A stretch of DNA of 64,000 nucleotides from NCBI GenBank assembly GCA_963746855.1, contig CAVVDC010000003.1, positions 38,289 through 102,288 on the forward strand, read 5' to 3'. The notes beneath the pieces are model-generated. The model ran no database searches. It was not told the origin of the DNA and worked only from the letters and a program-made list of their open reading frames with translations. The position numbers and the translations under genes are program-made. This DNA is from an uncultured Chloroflexia bacterium. Its GTDB lineage: Bacteria > Chloroflexota > Limnocylindria > Limnocylindrales > CSP1-4. Positions 9,374 through 18,387 of the stretch are shown here, one piece after another; position 1 is the stretch's first letter; every line of letters begins with the position of its first letter.

Positions 9374-10806
9374 CCGTCGGCGCACCCGGGGCGGTCGGAC
9401 GCTCGCCGACACTGCCGCGCATCCTCGGGCCGATCCGTCCGCGCCCGCGCTGGCAGGAAGCTCGATTGCTGACGCTGGCCGCGCTCGCGTTACTGGTCGG
9501 CAGCGTGTCACTCGGGGCGACGGTCACCGGGTCGCTCGCCCCGGCCGATCCACGCGGTCTGGCGATCTACCTCGTCGCCCTGATCGCGGCGCACGTCGCC
9601 CAGGTGCTGGCCGGTCGCCGCACCGACCAGGTGCTGCTGCCCGTCGTCGGCCTCCTCGGCGGCATCTCGCTCTTGCTCATGGAGCGGCTGCCCCAGGACC
9701 TGGTGACCCAGACCTTCTTCGGGACCGAGCTCGGCCTCGCCCAGGTCCAACTGGTGTGGCTGCTCGTGGCCCTGACCGTCGCGACGACCCTCGGGATCGT
9801 CGTCCGGTCCGACGCGTGGCTGCGCCGCTACAAGTACACCTGGGCCGCGGCCGGCGTCGGGCTGCTGCTGCTGACCTTCGTGCTTGGGACCGAGATCAAC
9901 GGGTCGCGCCTGACCATCCAGGTCGGACCCCTCAGCGGGCAGCCATCCGAACTGCTCAAGGTCATCCTGGTGGTCTTCCTGGCGGGCTACCTCTCGGAGA
10001 ACCGGGCGCTCCTGGTGGAACAGGACACACGGGTCGGACCGCTCCGCCTGCCGCCGCTGCCGTACCTGGCGCCGATGGTCGCGATGTGGGCCATCGCCCT
10101 CGGCATCGTCGTCATCCAACGGGATCTCGGCGCCGCGCTGCTGTTCTTCGGGGTGTTCCTGGCGCTCGTCTACGTGGCGACCGGTCGCGTGAGCCTCGTC
10201 GTCATCGGGCTGATCCTGTTCGTGCTGGGCAGCCTGTTGATGGCGCAGCTGTTCGAGCACGTGCGCGTCCGCATCGACATCTGGCTCGACCCGTTCGCCG
10301 ACCCATTGGGTACCGGCTACCAGGTGGTCCAGGCCCTCCACGCGTTCGCGCGCGGCGGCCTGGTCGGCGTCGGGCTGGGTGCCGGATTGCCCGAGGTCGG
10401 CGGCCAGCTGCCGATCCCCGAGATCCACACGGACTTCCCGCTGGCGGCCCTCGGTGAGGAGCTCGGCATCGTCGGGGTGCTCGCGATCCTCGGGCTCTTC
10501 CTGGTCGTCGTCGAGCGAGGGCTCCGGATCGGGGCGGCCGCCGCGGACGACTTCCGCTCGCTCCTGGCGATCGGTCTCGCGCTCGTCGTCGGGATCCAGG
10601 CGTTCATCATCGCGGCGGGGAACCTGAAGGTGCTCCCGCTCACGGGGGTGACGCTCCCGTTCATCAGCTACGGCGGCTCGTCGCTGCTGGCCAACTCGCT
10701 GGTCGTGGGGCTCCTGCTAGCCCTGTCCGACAAGGGCGTCGAGCCTCCGCCACCGCCCTCCGAAGTCCGCCGCTGGCGACGCCTGACGGGACGGGCGGGC
10801 GGATGA
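9370..10806 (+). CDS. rodA: SEDS-family peptidoglycan glycosyltransferase (RodA/FtsW/SpoVE)
   Basis: 478 aa polytopic membrane protein with conserved ...LKVLPLTGVTLPFISYGGSSLLAN... near the C-terminus. Position after fhaB and before pbpA matches rodA. Confidence 0.85.
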   Translation: MTVGAPGAVGRSPTLPRILGPIRPRPRWQEARLLTLAALALLVGSVSLGATVTGSLAPADPRGLAIYLVALIAAHVAQVLAGRRTDQVLLPVVGLLGGISLLLMERLPQDLVTQTFFGTELGLAQVQLVWLLVALTVATTLGIVVRSDAWLRRYKYTWAAAGVGLLLLTFVLGTEINGSRLTIQVGPLSGQPSELLKVILVVFLAGYLSENRALLVEQDTRVGPLRLPPLPYLAPMVAMWAIALGIVVIQRDLGAALLFFGVFLALVYVATGRVSLVVIGLILFVLGSLLMAQLFEHVRVRIDIWLDPFADPLGTGYQVVQALHAFARGGLVGVGLGAGLPEVGGQLPIPEIHTDFPLAALGEELGIVGVLAILGLFLVVVERGLRIGAAAADDFRSLLAIGLALVVGIQAFIIAAGNLKVLPLTGVTLPFISYGGSSLLANSLVVGLLLALSDKGVEPPPPPSEVRRWRRLTGRAGG

Positions 10807-12296
10807 GCGCGGTCGGTTCGGGCGGACGACCGCTTTCGCGGGGCATCATCCACGTCTTCGTGACCCTGTCGGTCGCATTCGGGCTGCTGGGCGGGGCGGC
10901 CGGCTACTGGGGCGTCGTCCGCGCTCCGGAGCTGGTGCGCTCGCCCTACGACCCCGCGGTCATCGCCGCGTCCCGGACCGTGCCACGGGGACAGATCGTC
11001 GACCGGGACGGGAAGGTCCTCGCGCGCAACAAGAAGGACGAACGCGGCGAGCTCTACCGCATCTACGCCGATGACGCCATCAGCCACGTCGTCGGGTACG
11101 CCTCGCGCCGCTATGGCACGGCCGGGCTCGAGCGGGCGTTCGACGCCGAGCTCGCGGGACTGGCGGGCGACCCGCTGATCGACGCCTTCCGCAAGTTCGG
11201 GGCGACCCCGTACGACCCCAAGGACCTGACCCTGTCGCTCTCCGACGAGCTCCAGCGGGCCGCGGTCCGCGCGCTCGGCAAGGATCGCGGGGCGGTCGTC
11301 ATGCTCGACCCGCGGACCGGTGAGATCCTCGCGCTGGCCTCGACCCCGACATACGACGCTTCCGCCATCGCGGATCCCCAAACGGCCGATGCGACGTTCA
11401 CGGCGCTCGCCGACGACAAGTCGCAGCCGCTGCTGCCACGCGCGACGCTCGGTCGCTACGTGCCGGGCTCCGTGTTCAAGATCGTGACCGCGGTCGCCGG
11501 TCTTGGGTCGGGCGCGGTCAGCCCGGCGACGACCTACAAGGAGCAACCGAAGGCCGAGCGCGACGGCCTGCTCGTCGACGGCTTCCGGATCCGCGACGGT
11601 CATCACCCGGTGACGGGCTCGAAGGCGCTCGACTTCGTCGAGGCGACCGAGGTTTCCTGCAACATCTGGTACGCGTTGACGGGCCTGGAGACGGGTGGCC
11701 GGGACCTCATCCGCTACGCCGACCGGATGGGCTTCGATGCGGCGCTCCCATTCGAGCTGCCCACGGCGGTCTCGCAGGTGACCAACGGCGACGGGTCGGC
11801 GCCGGGCGGTTTCGCCGACGACGTCGAGCTGGCGAACGCGGCCTACGGGCAGGCCGAGACGTTCGTGACCCCGCTCCAGATGGCGCTGGTGGCGGCGACG
11901 ATCGCCAACGACGGCGTGTTGATGCAGCCACGGCTGGTCACTGCGATGACCGGCAAGGATCGCTCGCGCACCTTCGGGCCGGAGCGGATGGCCCAGGTGA
12001 TCGACGCCTCCGACGCACGCGACGTCAACCGCGCGATGGTCGCGGCCGTCGAGGGCGACCTCGGGCGGCACTTCACCTCCGGCGCGAAGGTCCGGGGCGT
12101 GACCACGGCCGGCAAGTCGGGCACGGCTGAGCTGGGCGGCACCGGCGAGCCCCACTCGTGGTTCATCGGCTTCGCGCCGGCCGAGGCCCCGACCGTCGTG
12201 ATCGCCGTCCTCGTCGAACAGGGCGGTCGTGGTGGCGAGACGGCCGCCCCGATCGCCGGCGACCTGATGACCCGCTACCTGCGGGGCGCGCCGTGA
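10803..12296 (+). CDS. pbpA: Penicillin-binding protein 2 (class B transpeptidase)
   Basis: N-terminal TM helix, dimerisation domain and transpeptidase motifs SVFK (SxxK), SCN (SxN), KSGTA (K[S/T]G). Overlaps the rodA stop. Confidence 0.9.
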   Translation: MSAVGSGGRPLSRGIIHVFVTLSVAFGLLGGAAGYWGVVRAPELVRSPYDPAVIAASRTVPRGQIVDRDGKVLARNKKDERGELYRIYADDAISHVVGYASRRYGTAGLERAFDAELAGLAGDPLIDAFRKFGATPYDPKDLTLSLSDELQRAAVRALGKDRGAVVMLDPRTGEILALASTPTYDASAIADPQTADATFTALADDKSQPLLPRATLGRYVPGSVFKIVTAVAGLGSGAVSPATTYKEQPKAERDGLLVDGFRIRDGHHPVTGSKALDFVEATEVSCNIWYALTGLETGGRDLIRYADRMGFDAALPFELPTAVSQVTNGDGSAPGGFADDVELANAAYGQAETFVTPLQMALVAATIANDGVLMQPRLVTAMTGKDRSRTFGPERMAQVIDASDARDVNRAMVAAVEGDLGRHFTSGAKVRGVTTAGKSGTAELGGTGEPHSWFIGFAPAEAPTVVIAVLVEQGGRGGETAAPIAGDLMTRYLRGAP

Positions 12297-12529
12297 CGGA
12301 CGATCCGGCCGACGGGCCGGGGCGGCCTGACCTCCGACCGGAGCCGAGGCCGCGTCGACCGTGGGTCGAACGGATCGGGCTGGCCGCCATCGCCGCCGTC
12401 CTCGCGATCATGTTCGGCGGCGTCGCGGCGGCCTCGTGGATCGGCGGTGAGCCGTTCCTCGCCGTCATGGGTGGCATCGGGTGCCTGATGACGGCATGGG
12501 TCGGCGCGCTCACGCTCCTGCGCGGCTAG
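12293..12529 (+). CDS. Small hypothetical membrane protein (78 aa, GTG start overlapping pbpA stop)
   Basis: In-frame GTG at 12293. The C-terminal half has two hydrophobic helices (IGLAAIAAVLAIMFGGVAAASWIGG...AVMGGIGCLMTAWVGALTLL). The N-terminal half is Pro/Arg-rich and may be non-coding. Confidence 0.3.
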   Translation: MTDDPADGPGRPDLRPEPRPRRPWVERIGLAAIAAVLAIMFGGVAAASWIGGEPFLAVMGGIGCLMTAWVGALTLLRG

Positions 12530-12554
12530 GGGTGATCGGGGGCTGTGGCACGAC

Positions 12555-12889
12555 GTTGACACGCCGCTGACACAGCGTTCATGTGCGCGCTCGACGCTCG
12601 TGCCGTGGAGGGATGCCGGGGGGCGCGACCGTGGTGATGGCTGGGGGCCGTCGCCGCGGTCACCCTCCCGTTCGGATCGGCTGGGGCGGGTGGTTCGCCC
12701 GCCCCAGGCCGATGCTCGTCCGTCGACGTTGCGCCACGGGTCCGCTGGCGACCATCGACCGCGGCTCGGCGGACCGAACGACATCGCTCCGCCCGCGAAG
12801 ATCGAACAATTCCCCGCCTCCGGGCGTCATCTAGGCAGAGGGATCTGGGGCCTCGGAACCTATCGCGGCGGCAGGACGTACTATCCTGC
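12555..12889 (+). promoter_or_regulatory. 452-bp 5' region of the moxR operon with TGACAC direct repeats and a GCAGGA-N7-TCCTGC hairpin
   Basis: Large non-coding gap (12530-12981) in an otherwise overlapping-gene region. ttGACACgccgcTGACACagcg at about 12555-12578. Inverted repeat GCAGGAcgtactaTCCTGC at about 12871-12889 with a TACTAT -10-like loop. Strong RBS GAGAGAGG before the ATG at 12982. Confidence 0.3.
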
Positions 12890-12981
12890 GACGACACATG
12901 AGTCCGGCTGGACTCGTCGCACCCCTCGTTCCCGCCCGCCCGCGGCGTCCCCAGGCGTCGCCCATCCCGCGAGAGAGGCCG

Positions 12982-13989
12982 ATGACCAAGATCCAGGAGA
13001 CCGGCGACAAGGTCCTCGCCAATGTCGAGCGCGTCATCGTCGGCAAGCACCACGAGGTCCGCCTGGCGCTCGTCGCGCTGCTCTGCCGTGGCCACCTTCT
13101 GATCGAGGACGTGCCCGGCACCGGCAAGACCGTGCTCGCGAAGGCGATCGCGCGGAGCCTCGGCTCCTCGTTCCGACGGATCCAGTTCACGCCGGACCTG
13201 CTGCCGTCCGACGTCTCGGGGCTGTCGATCTACAACCAGAAGACGCGGGAGTTCGAGTTCCGCCCCGGGCCGATCTTCAGCCAGATCGTGCTCGCCGACG
13301 AGATCAACCGCGCGACCCCGAAGACGCAGTCGGCGCTGCTCGAGTGCATGGAGGAGCGGCAGGCCACGATCGACGGCACCACCTACCCGATGCCCGATCC
13401 GTTCCTGGTCATCGCGACCCAGAACCCGATCGAGTACGAGGGCACCTTCGCCCTGCCGGAGGCCCAGCTCGACCGCTTCATGCTGCGCCTGCGCCTCGGC
13501 TACCCGCAGCCGATCGAGGAGATCGTCATCCTCGACGAGCAGAAGCGCACGCATCCGCTCGAGGACCTCGAGGAGGTCCTGACCGTCGACGAGCTGCGCG
13601 AGATGCAGGAGGCCGTCCGCGAGGTCTACGTCGACTCGAGCGTGGCCGACTACATCGTCCGGCTCGTCGGGACGACGCGCAGCCATCCCGACGTGTATCT
13701 GGGTGCCTCGCCGCGCGGGTCCATCGCCCTCTACCGGGCCGGCCAGGCCCTGGCTGGGCTGCTCGGACGCGACTACGTCATCCCCGACGACGTCAAGGCG
13801 CTCGCGGAGCCTGCCCTGGCCCATCGCCTCATCATCAAGACGAGTTCGTCCATCCACGACGTCCAGGCCGGCCAGGTCGTGCGGGAGCTCCTCGAGACGA
13901 CGTCGATCGAGGGCATCCGCCCGACCGGGACCGGTGGCCCCTCGGACCTGCGCAGCGCCTCGGGCGCCTCAGCCGTTCCTGGCGCGTAG
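12982..13989 (+). CDS. moxR: MoxR-family AAA+ ATPase
   Basis: Walker A GTGKT, Walker B LADEINRA, sensor [20 protein letters not shown]. Typical MoxR N-terminus [12 protein letters not shown]. The upstream ATG at 12898 would only add a Pro/Arg tail. Confidence 0.9.
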   Translation: MTKIQETGDKVLANVERVIVGKHHEVRLALVALLCRGHLLIEDVPGTGKTVLAKAIARSLGSSFRRIQFTPDLLPSDVSGLSIYNQKTREFEFRPGPIFSQIVLADEINRATPKTQSALLECMEERQATIDGTTYPMPDPFLVIATQNPIEYEGTFALPEAQLDRFMLRLRLGYPQPIEEIVILDEQKRTHPLEDLEEVLTVDELREMQEAVREVYVDSSVADYIVRLVGTTRSHPDVYLGASPRGSIALYRAGQALAGLLGRDYVIPDDVKALAEPALAHRLIIKTSSSIHDVQAGQVVRELLETTSIEGIRPTGTGGPSDLRSASGASAVPGA

Positions 13990-14029
13990 GACCCGAACCG
14001 TCGGCCGATAGCGCACGAGGCCGAATCGC

Positions 14030-15286
14030 ATGATCCGCCGGCTCGAGCTCCTTCTCGTCACCGCCTTCCTCGTCGTCGCCGCGTTCTCGACCGGCTGGCC
14101 GTACCTCTTCTACCTGCTGTACCTCGCGATCCTTGTCATCGGCGGCTCGTACGTCCTGGTCCGCCTCGGCCTCACGGACCTCGAGGCCGGCTATGCCGTC
14201 AGCCAGCTCCACGGCCACGTCGGCGACCGGATGCGGGTGACCTACACGCTGCGCAACGGCAGCCGGTTGCCCAAGTTGTGGCTCGAGGTCCACAACCCGA
14301 CGACCCTGCCCGGCGCCCTGCCGGGTCGGGCCATCACCCTCGGCGGTCGGAGCGAGCGATCGTGGCTCATCCGGGTGCCCCTGTCGCGGCGCGGGCACTT
14401 CCGGATCGAGCCACTGCACATCCGGACCGGCGACCCGTTCGGGTTCTTCGAAGCGGCTGCGACGGTCGGCCAGGGCGTCTCGGTGGTGGTCTATCCCAGG
14501 CTCGAGCCGATCCCGACCTGGCGGCTCCCGTCGGCGGTCCTGGAAGGCAGTCACGCCTCCCCGGAACGGACCCTGCAGACGACCCCGCTCGCGAGCTCGG
14601 TGCGGCCATACGCCCCCGGCGACGCGATGAACCGCATCCACTGGAAGGCGACCGCGCGACACGGCGAACTGCAGGTCAAGGAGTTCGACCTCGAGCAGAC
14701 GGCCGATGCCTGGATCATCCTCGACCTGCAGCGCGGCATCGGCGGCGGGCAGGGTGACGAATCGACGACCGAGGCGGCCATCCGCGCGGCGGCCGCCATC
14801 TCCGACAAGGCGATCGCCGAGAACCGGGCGGTCGGGTTCACGGTCAATGCCGGGAGGACAGCGTTCCTGCCGGCCGACCGCGGCGGCCGCCAGCACCAGA
14901 AGATCATGCAGCTCCTGGCCGCCGTCGAGGCGGACGGGCACGCCCCGCTCGTCGAGACGCTCATATCCACCGTCGGTCGCCTCCGACGCGGCATGACGGC
15001 CGTGGTCATCACCCCATCGCTCGACCCGTCCTGGATCCGGCCACTGGCCGGGCTTCGGACGCGAGGCGTCGCGTGCGCGGTGATCACGTTCGACGTCGCC
15101 GCGTTCGATCGCGCCGCACGGGACGCCGAAGCGGCGACCTCCGGGCGACGTGAGGCCGTCGATCCCGCCGAGGCCGACGCTGCGGCCAAGCGCGCGCGAG
15201 CGCTGCGCCACGCTCTCGCTGAATACGACCTGCCGTGGTACCTCGTGACCCCGGGCCGACCGCTCGGCGAACTCCTGACCCGATGA
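14030..15286 (+). CDS. DUF58 domain protein (MoxR partner, vWA-like)
   Basis: N-terminal double TM, then DUF58 core ...PLHIRTGDPFGFFE...VRPYAPGDAMNRIHWKATARHGELQVKEFD. Confidence 0.85.
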   Translation: MIRRLELLLVTAFLVVAAFSTGWPYLFYLLYLAILVIGGSYVLVRLGLTDLEAGYAVSQLHGHVGDRMRVTYTLRNGSRLPKLWLEVHNPTTLPGALPGRAITLGGRSERSWLIRVPLSRRGHFRIEPLHIRTGDPFGFFEAAATVGQGVSVVVYPRLEPIPTWRLPSAVLEGSHASPERTLQTTPLASSVRPYAPGDAMNRIHWKATARHGELQVKEFDLEQTADAWIILDLQRGIGGGQGDESTTEAAIRAAAAISDKAIAENRAVGFTVNAGRTAFLPADRGGRQHQKIMQLLAAVEADGHAPLVETLISTVGRLRRGMTAVVITPSLDPSWIRPLAGLRTRGVACAVITFDVAAFDRAARDAEAATSGRREAVDPAEADAAAKRARALRHALAEYDLPWYLVTPGRPLGELLTR

Positions 15287-17586
15287 ACCGCCTGCCGACG
15301 CTCCGCCGGATCCCCCTGGCACCCGCCGAGGGCTGGCTGACCGTCGCGCTGGTGGGGATCCTGTGCGCGACGATGGCGGCCTCGATCGACGACGTCGCCC
15401 CGATCCTCGCGCGCGAGGACTTCACGGACTTCCTGGTCCCGATGGCCATCGCCGGCATGCTCATGGGCCTGATCGGGGTCAAGGTCGGCTGGGGCCGCTG
15501 GCTGACGTATCTCGTCGGCTCGGTCTTTGCCGCCCTCATCGTCCCGCTCGTGGTCGGCGACATCCTGCGACGTGAAGGCGCCACGCTGCCCCCATACCAG
15601 GAGACGGCGCGGTCCCTGGTCCAGGCGGTGATCGACCTGGGCATCGCGAGGCTCCAGCTGACCAACGAGTACGGCCACTTCCTGCTGGTCCTCGGCCTGT
15701 TCGTGTGGGGGACATCGATGTTCGCGGCCTATGCCGCCTTCGGTGCGCGTCGGCCGCTGAACGCCATCGTCATCGTCGGCCTGGCCCTGCTCGTGAACAT
15801 GTCCCTCACCGAGCGCGACCAACTGGCCCTGCTCGTCATCTACAGCATCACGTCGCTCTTCCTGCTGATCCGCTATCACGTCCTCGAGGAGCAGGCCGAG
15901 TGGCTCCGGCGGCGGATCGGCGATCCCGGGTCCATCTCCGGTGTCTACCTGCGCGGCGGGACGTTGTTCATCGTCGTGGCGATCGGGGCGTCACTGCTGC
16001 TCACGAACGTGGCCTCCTCGGCCCCGCTGCGGGGCGCCTGGGGTGGCCTCAGTGCCGGGCTCGTCGAGCTCTCCCGCTCGTTCCAGAAATACCTTCCGAC
16101 CGGTGCCAATAGTCGGACGTTCGGTGCCGACTTCGACCCGTCGGGGACGCGGATCTCCGGTCGTTGGCAACCCGATGACAGCCTCGAGGTCACGATCCAG
16201 CTGCCGGCTGACGAGAAACGCGTCTTCTACTGGCGCGCGGTGACCTATGACGAGTTCGCGCTCAACGGTTGGCGGTCGAGCGAGGGGGCGTCGGTCCAGG
16301 TGGAGCCCGGCGGGGCCCTCCTCGATGGATCGCCCGACGCCGCGAACCCGGGCGTGTCACGGCCGCTCACATTCTCGGTCACCCCGGCTCGCTATGGCGG
16401 GCGGCTGGTTCTCTCGCCGCTGACGCCGAGCCTCGTCGACCAGGGTTCCACCGTCTCGCTGGCGGGCGAAGGGCCGTTCCTGGGCAATATCCAGCGCGAC
16501 GGCAACGGTCCGTACACCGTGACGGCCCTCATCCCGATCGAGGGCAATGATCCCGGGCAACTGAACCAGGAGAACCTGCGGGCGGCCGGGACCGCCTATC
16601 CGGTCGAGATCAAGGACCTCTATCTCGACGTGCCCGACGGTGCCATGCCCGCCGGAGGCCAGGCCGAGCAGCTCTATAGCGAGCTCGTCAGCCAGGCGCC
16701 ATCGAAGAACCCGTTCGACTTCACGACGTGGCTCATGGGCCGCTTCCAGGCGTCGGGAGAGAGTCGCGTGTTCACCTACGACCAGGACGTGCTCGACCTG
16801 ATGAGCGGGCCGTGCAAGGAGATCTCGTCGGTCGAGTGCTTCGCCGCCTATCGGCGTGGGTATTGCCAGTTCTACGCGTCGACGTTCGCGATCTTCCTGC
16901 GCGAACAGGGCATCCCGACGCGGGTCGTCGAGGGCTTCCTGCCCGGCACACGAACGGCCAGGGGCGAGGAACCGATCAAGAACGGCCAGAGCCACGAGTG
17001 GGTCGAGGTCTACTTCCCGGGCTACGGCTGGGTCCCGTTCGATCCCACGGGCGGCGAGGTCGCCAAGCTGCCAGCGCTACCGTCCGGTCCGCCGGTGACC
17101 GGCACGGCGCCTCCGCTGCCGAGCTTCGCGATCCCGTCGGGGCCGAGACGGGACGAACGAGCCGAGCCGAGCGGCGCCGGTGGCGCTGGCACGACCGGCG
17201 GGACCGGCCCGGCTGGCCCGCTCATCGCGACGGCCGTCCTGCTCGCGATCATCTTCGCGGTCCTGGCCTTCGTGACGTGGCAGCGCGGCCCGCGCGGTGG
17301 CACGACCCCGGATCACGCCTACCGGACCGTGACGCGCCTCGCCTCGCGCTTCGGGTTCGGGCCGCGGCCCACCCAGACTGTCTACGAGTTCTCCGGCGGC
17401 CTCGGCGAGGTCCTGCCGATCGCGAAGCCGGAACTCGAGATGGTCGCGCGCGCCAAGGTCGAGACCGCCTACGGCCGGGGCGTCCTGGGCGAGGACCGCC
17501 TCGGGGCCCTCAGGCTCGCCGAGCGCCGCCTCAAGCTGAACCTGCTCCGCCTTGCGTTCCGCCGCCGAGAGCGTCGCCGCCGCTGA
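15283..17586 (+). CDS. Transglutaminase-like membrane protein (TgpA-type)
   Basis: ATGA overlap with the DUF58 gene. Six-plus N-terminal TM helices, periplasmic region, and transglutaminase core CQFYASTFAIFLREQGIPTRVVEGF...HEWVEVYFPGYGWVPFDPTGG (Cys-His-Asp triad). Confidence 0.85.
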   Translation: MNRLPTLRRIPLAPAEGWLTVALVGILCATMAASIDDVAPILAREDFTDFLVPMAIAGMLMGLIGVKVGWGRWLTYLVGSVFAALIVPLVVGDILRREGATLPPYQETARSLVQAVIDLGIARLQLTNEYGHFLLVLGLFVWGTSMFAAYAAFGARRPLNAIVIVGLALLVNMSLTERDQLALLVIYSITSLFLLIRYHVLEEQAEWLRRRIGDPGSISGVYLRGGTLFIVVAIGASLLLTNVASSAPLRGAWGGLSAGLVELSRSFQKYLPTGANSRTFGADFDPSGTRISGRWQPDDSLEVTIQLPADEKRVFYWRAVTYDEFALNGWRSSEGASVQVEPGGALLDGSPDAANPGVSRPLTFSVTPARYGGRLVLSPLTPSLVDQGSTVSLAGEGPFLGNIQRDGNGPYTVTALIPIEGNDPGQLNQENLRAAGTAYPVEIKDLYLDVPDGAMPAGGQAEQLYSELVSQAPSKNPFDFTTWLMGRFQASGESRVFTYDQDVLDLMSGPCKEISSVECFAAYRRGYCQFYASTFAIFLREQGIPTRVVEGFLPGTRTARGEEPIKNGQSHEWVEVYFPGYGWVPFDPTGGEVAKLPALPSGPPVTGTAPPLPSFAIPSGPRRDERAEPSGAGGAGTTGGTGPAGPLIATAVLLAIIFAVLAFVTWQRGPRGGTTPDHAYRTVTRLASRFGFGPRPTQTVYEFSGGLGEVLPIAKPELEMVARAKVETAYGRGVLGEDRLGALRLAERRLKLNLLRLAFRRRERRRR

Positions 17587-17592
17587 TCCGGG

Positions 17593-18387
17593 TCAGAGCG
17601 CGCCGGTCGCCTCGCGGGCCGAGCGCTCGGCCAACGCCGCGGCATCGAGCGTCGATGTGAGGTGGGCCGTCAGGTTGTGGGCCCGCAGGACCGGGCGCCC
17701 GGCACGGACCTCGACCACCGTGATCCCGCACAGATCGAACGACCACATCCAGAACCGGTCGAGCGGCAGGTCGAACAGGGTCAGCATCGTCACCTTGAAG
17801 ACCCCGTCGTGGGCGACGAGCACGCTCCACGGCGTGTCGCCCCGGGAGCGACCGTAGCCGGCGACCGGATCGAGCGGCCCACGAGCACGCCCGTCCCGAA
17901 GGTCGTCGAGGACGCTTGCGAGGCCGTCCCGGACGCGTGCGGCGACCTCCGCCAGCGACTCACCACCGGGCGCCCACACCTCGGTCGGTCGGGCGCGCCA
18001 GCCGGCCAGCGCGTCGGCGAAGCGCGCCCCGATCTCGTCGCGGTGCAACCCTTCCCACTCGCCCTGGCCGATCTCCGAGAAGCGGGCGTCCGGCCTGGGC
18101 CGCGGGTGGGCAGGGCTGGCGTCCACGATGGCCGTCGCCGTCTCCGCCGCCCGACCCAGTGGCGAGTGCACGATCGCCTGCGGCGCGACCGGCGGGATCG
18201 GCAGGGCGGGGGACCGCCCCGGGTCGGCGAGGCGCTCGGCGACCGACCGGGCCTGCAAACGGCCGGTCGCGGACAGCGGGGTCTCGGCCTGGCCCTGGAA
18301 GCGGCCTTCGACGATGTACTCGCTCTCGCCGTGCCGGACGAGGACGAGTGTCGCGTCCAGGTCGGCCGGGATCGGTGCGCCAGTCAG
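17593..18387 (-). CDS. Histidine phosphatase (phosphoglycerate mutase-like) family protein; candidate metal-independent phosphoserine phosphatase
   Basis: Extending the 221-aa ORF upstream in frame gives ...LVLVRHGESEYIVEGRFQG...TPLSATGR (RHG catalytic motif), which must be part of the protein. No ATG/GTG/TTG is available; the only candidate is CTG at about 18385-18387, which overlaps the serA TGA (CTGA). Confidence 0.7.
   Translation of the reverse strand: MTGAPIPADLDATLVLVRHGESEYIVEGRFQGQAETPLSATGRLQARSVAERLADPGRSPALPIPPVAPQAIVHSPLGRAAETATAIVDASPAHPRPRPDARFSEIGQGEWEGLHRDEIGARFADALAGWRARPTEVWAPGGESLAEVAARVRDGLASVLDDLRDGRARGPLDPVAGYGRSRGDTPWSVLVAHDGVFKVTMLTLFDLPLDRFWMWSFDLCGITVVEVRAGRPVLRAHNLTAHLTSTLDAAALAERSAREATGAL

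Noticed and set aside
12898-12981. Upstream ATG as the MoxR start
   Set aside because: It adds a 28-aa Pro/Arg tail and lacks an RBS. The ATG at 12982 has GAGAGAGG 6 nt upstream and gives the canonical MoxR N-terminus.
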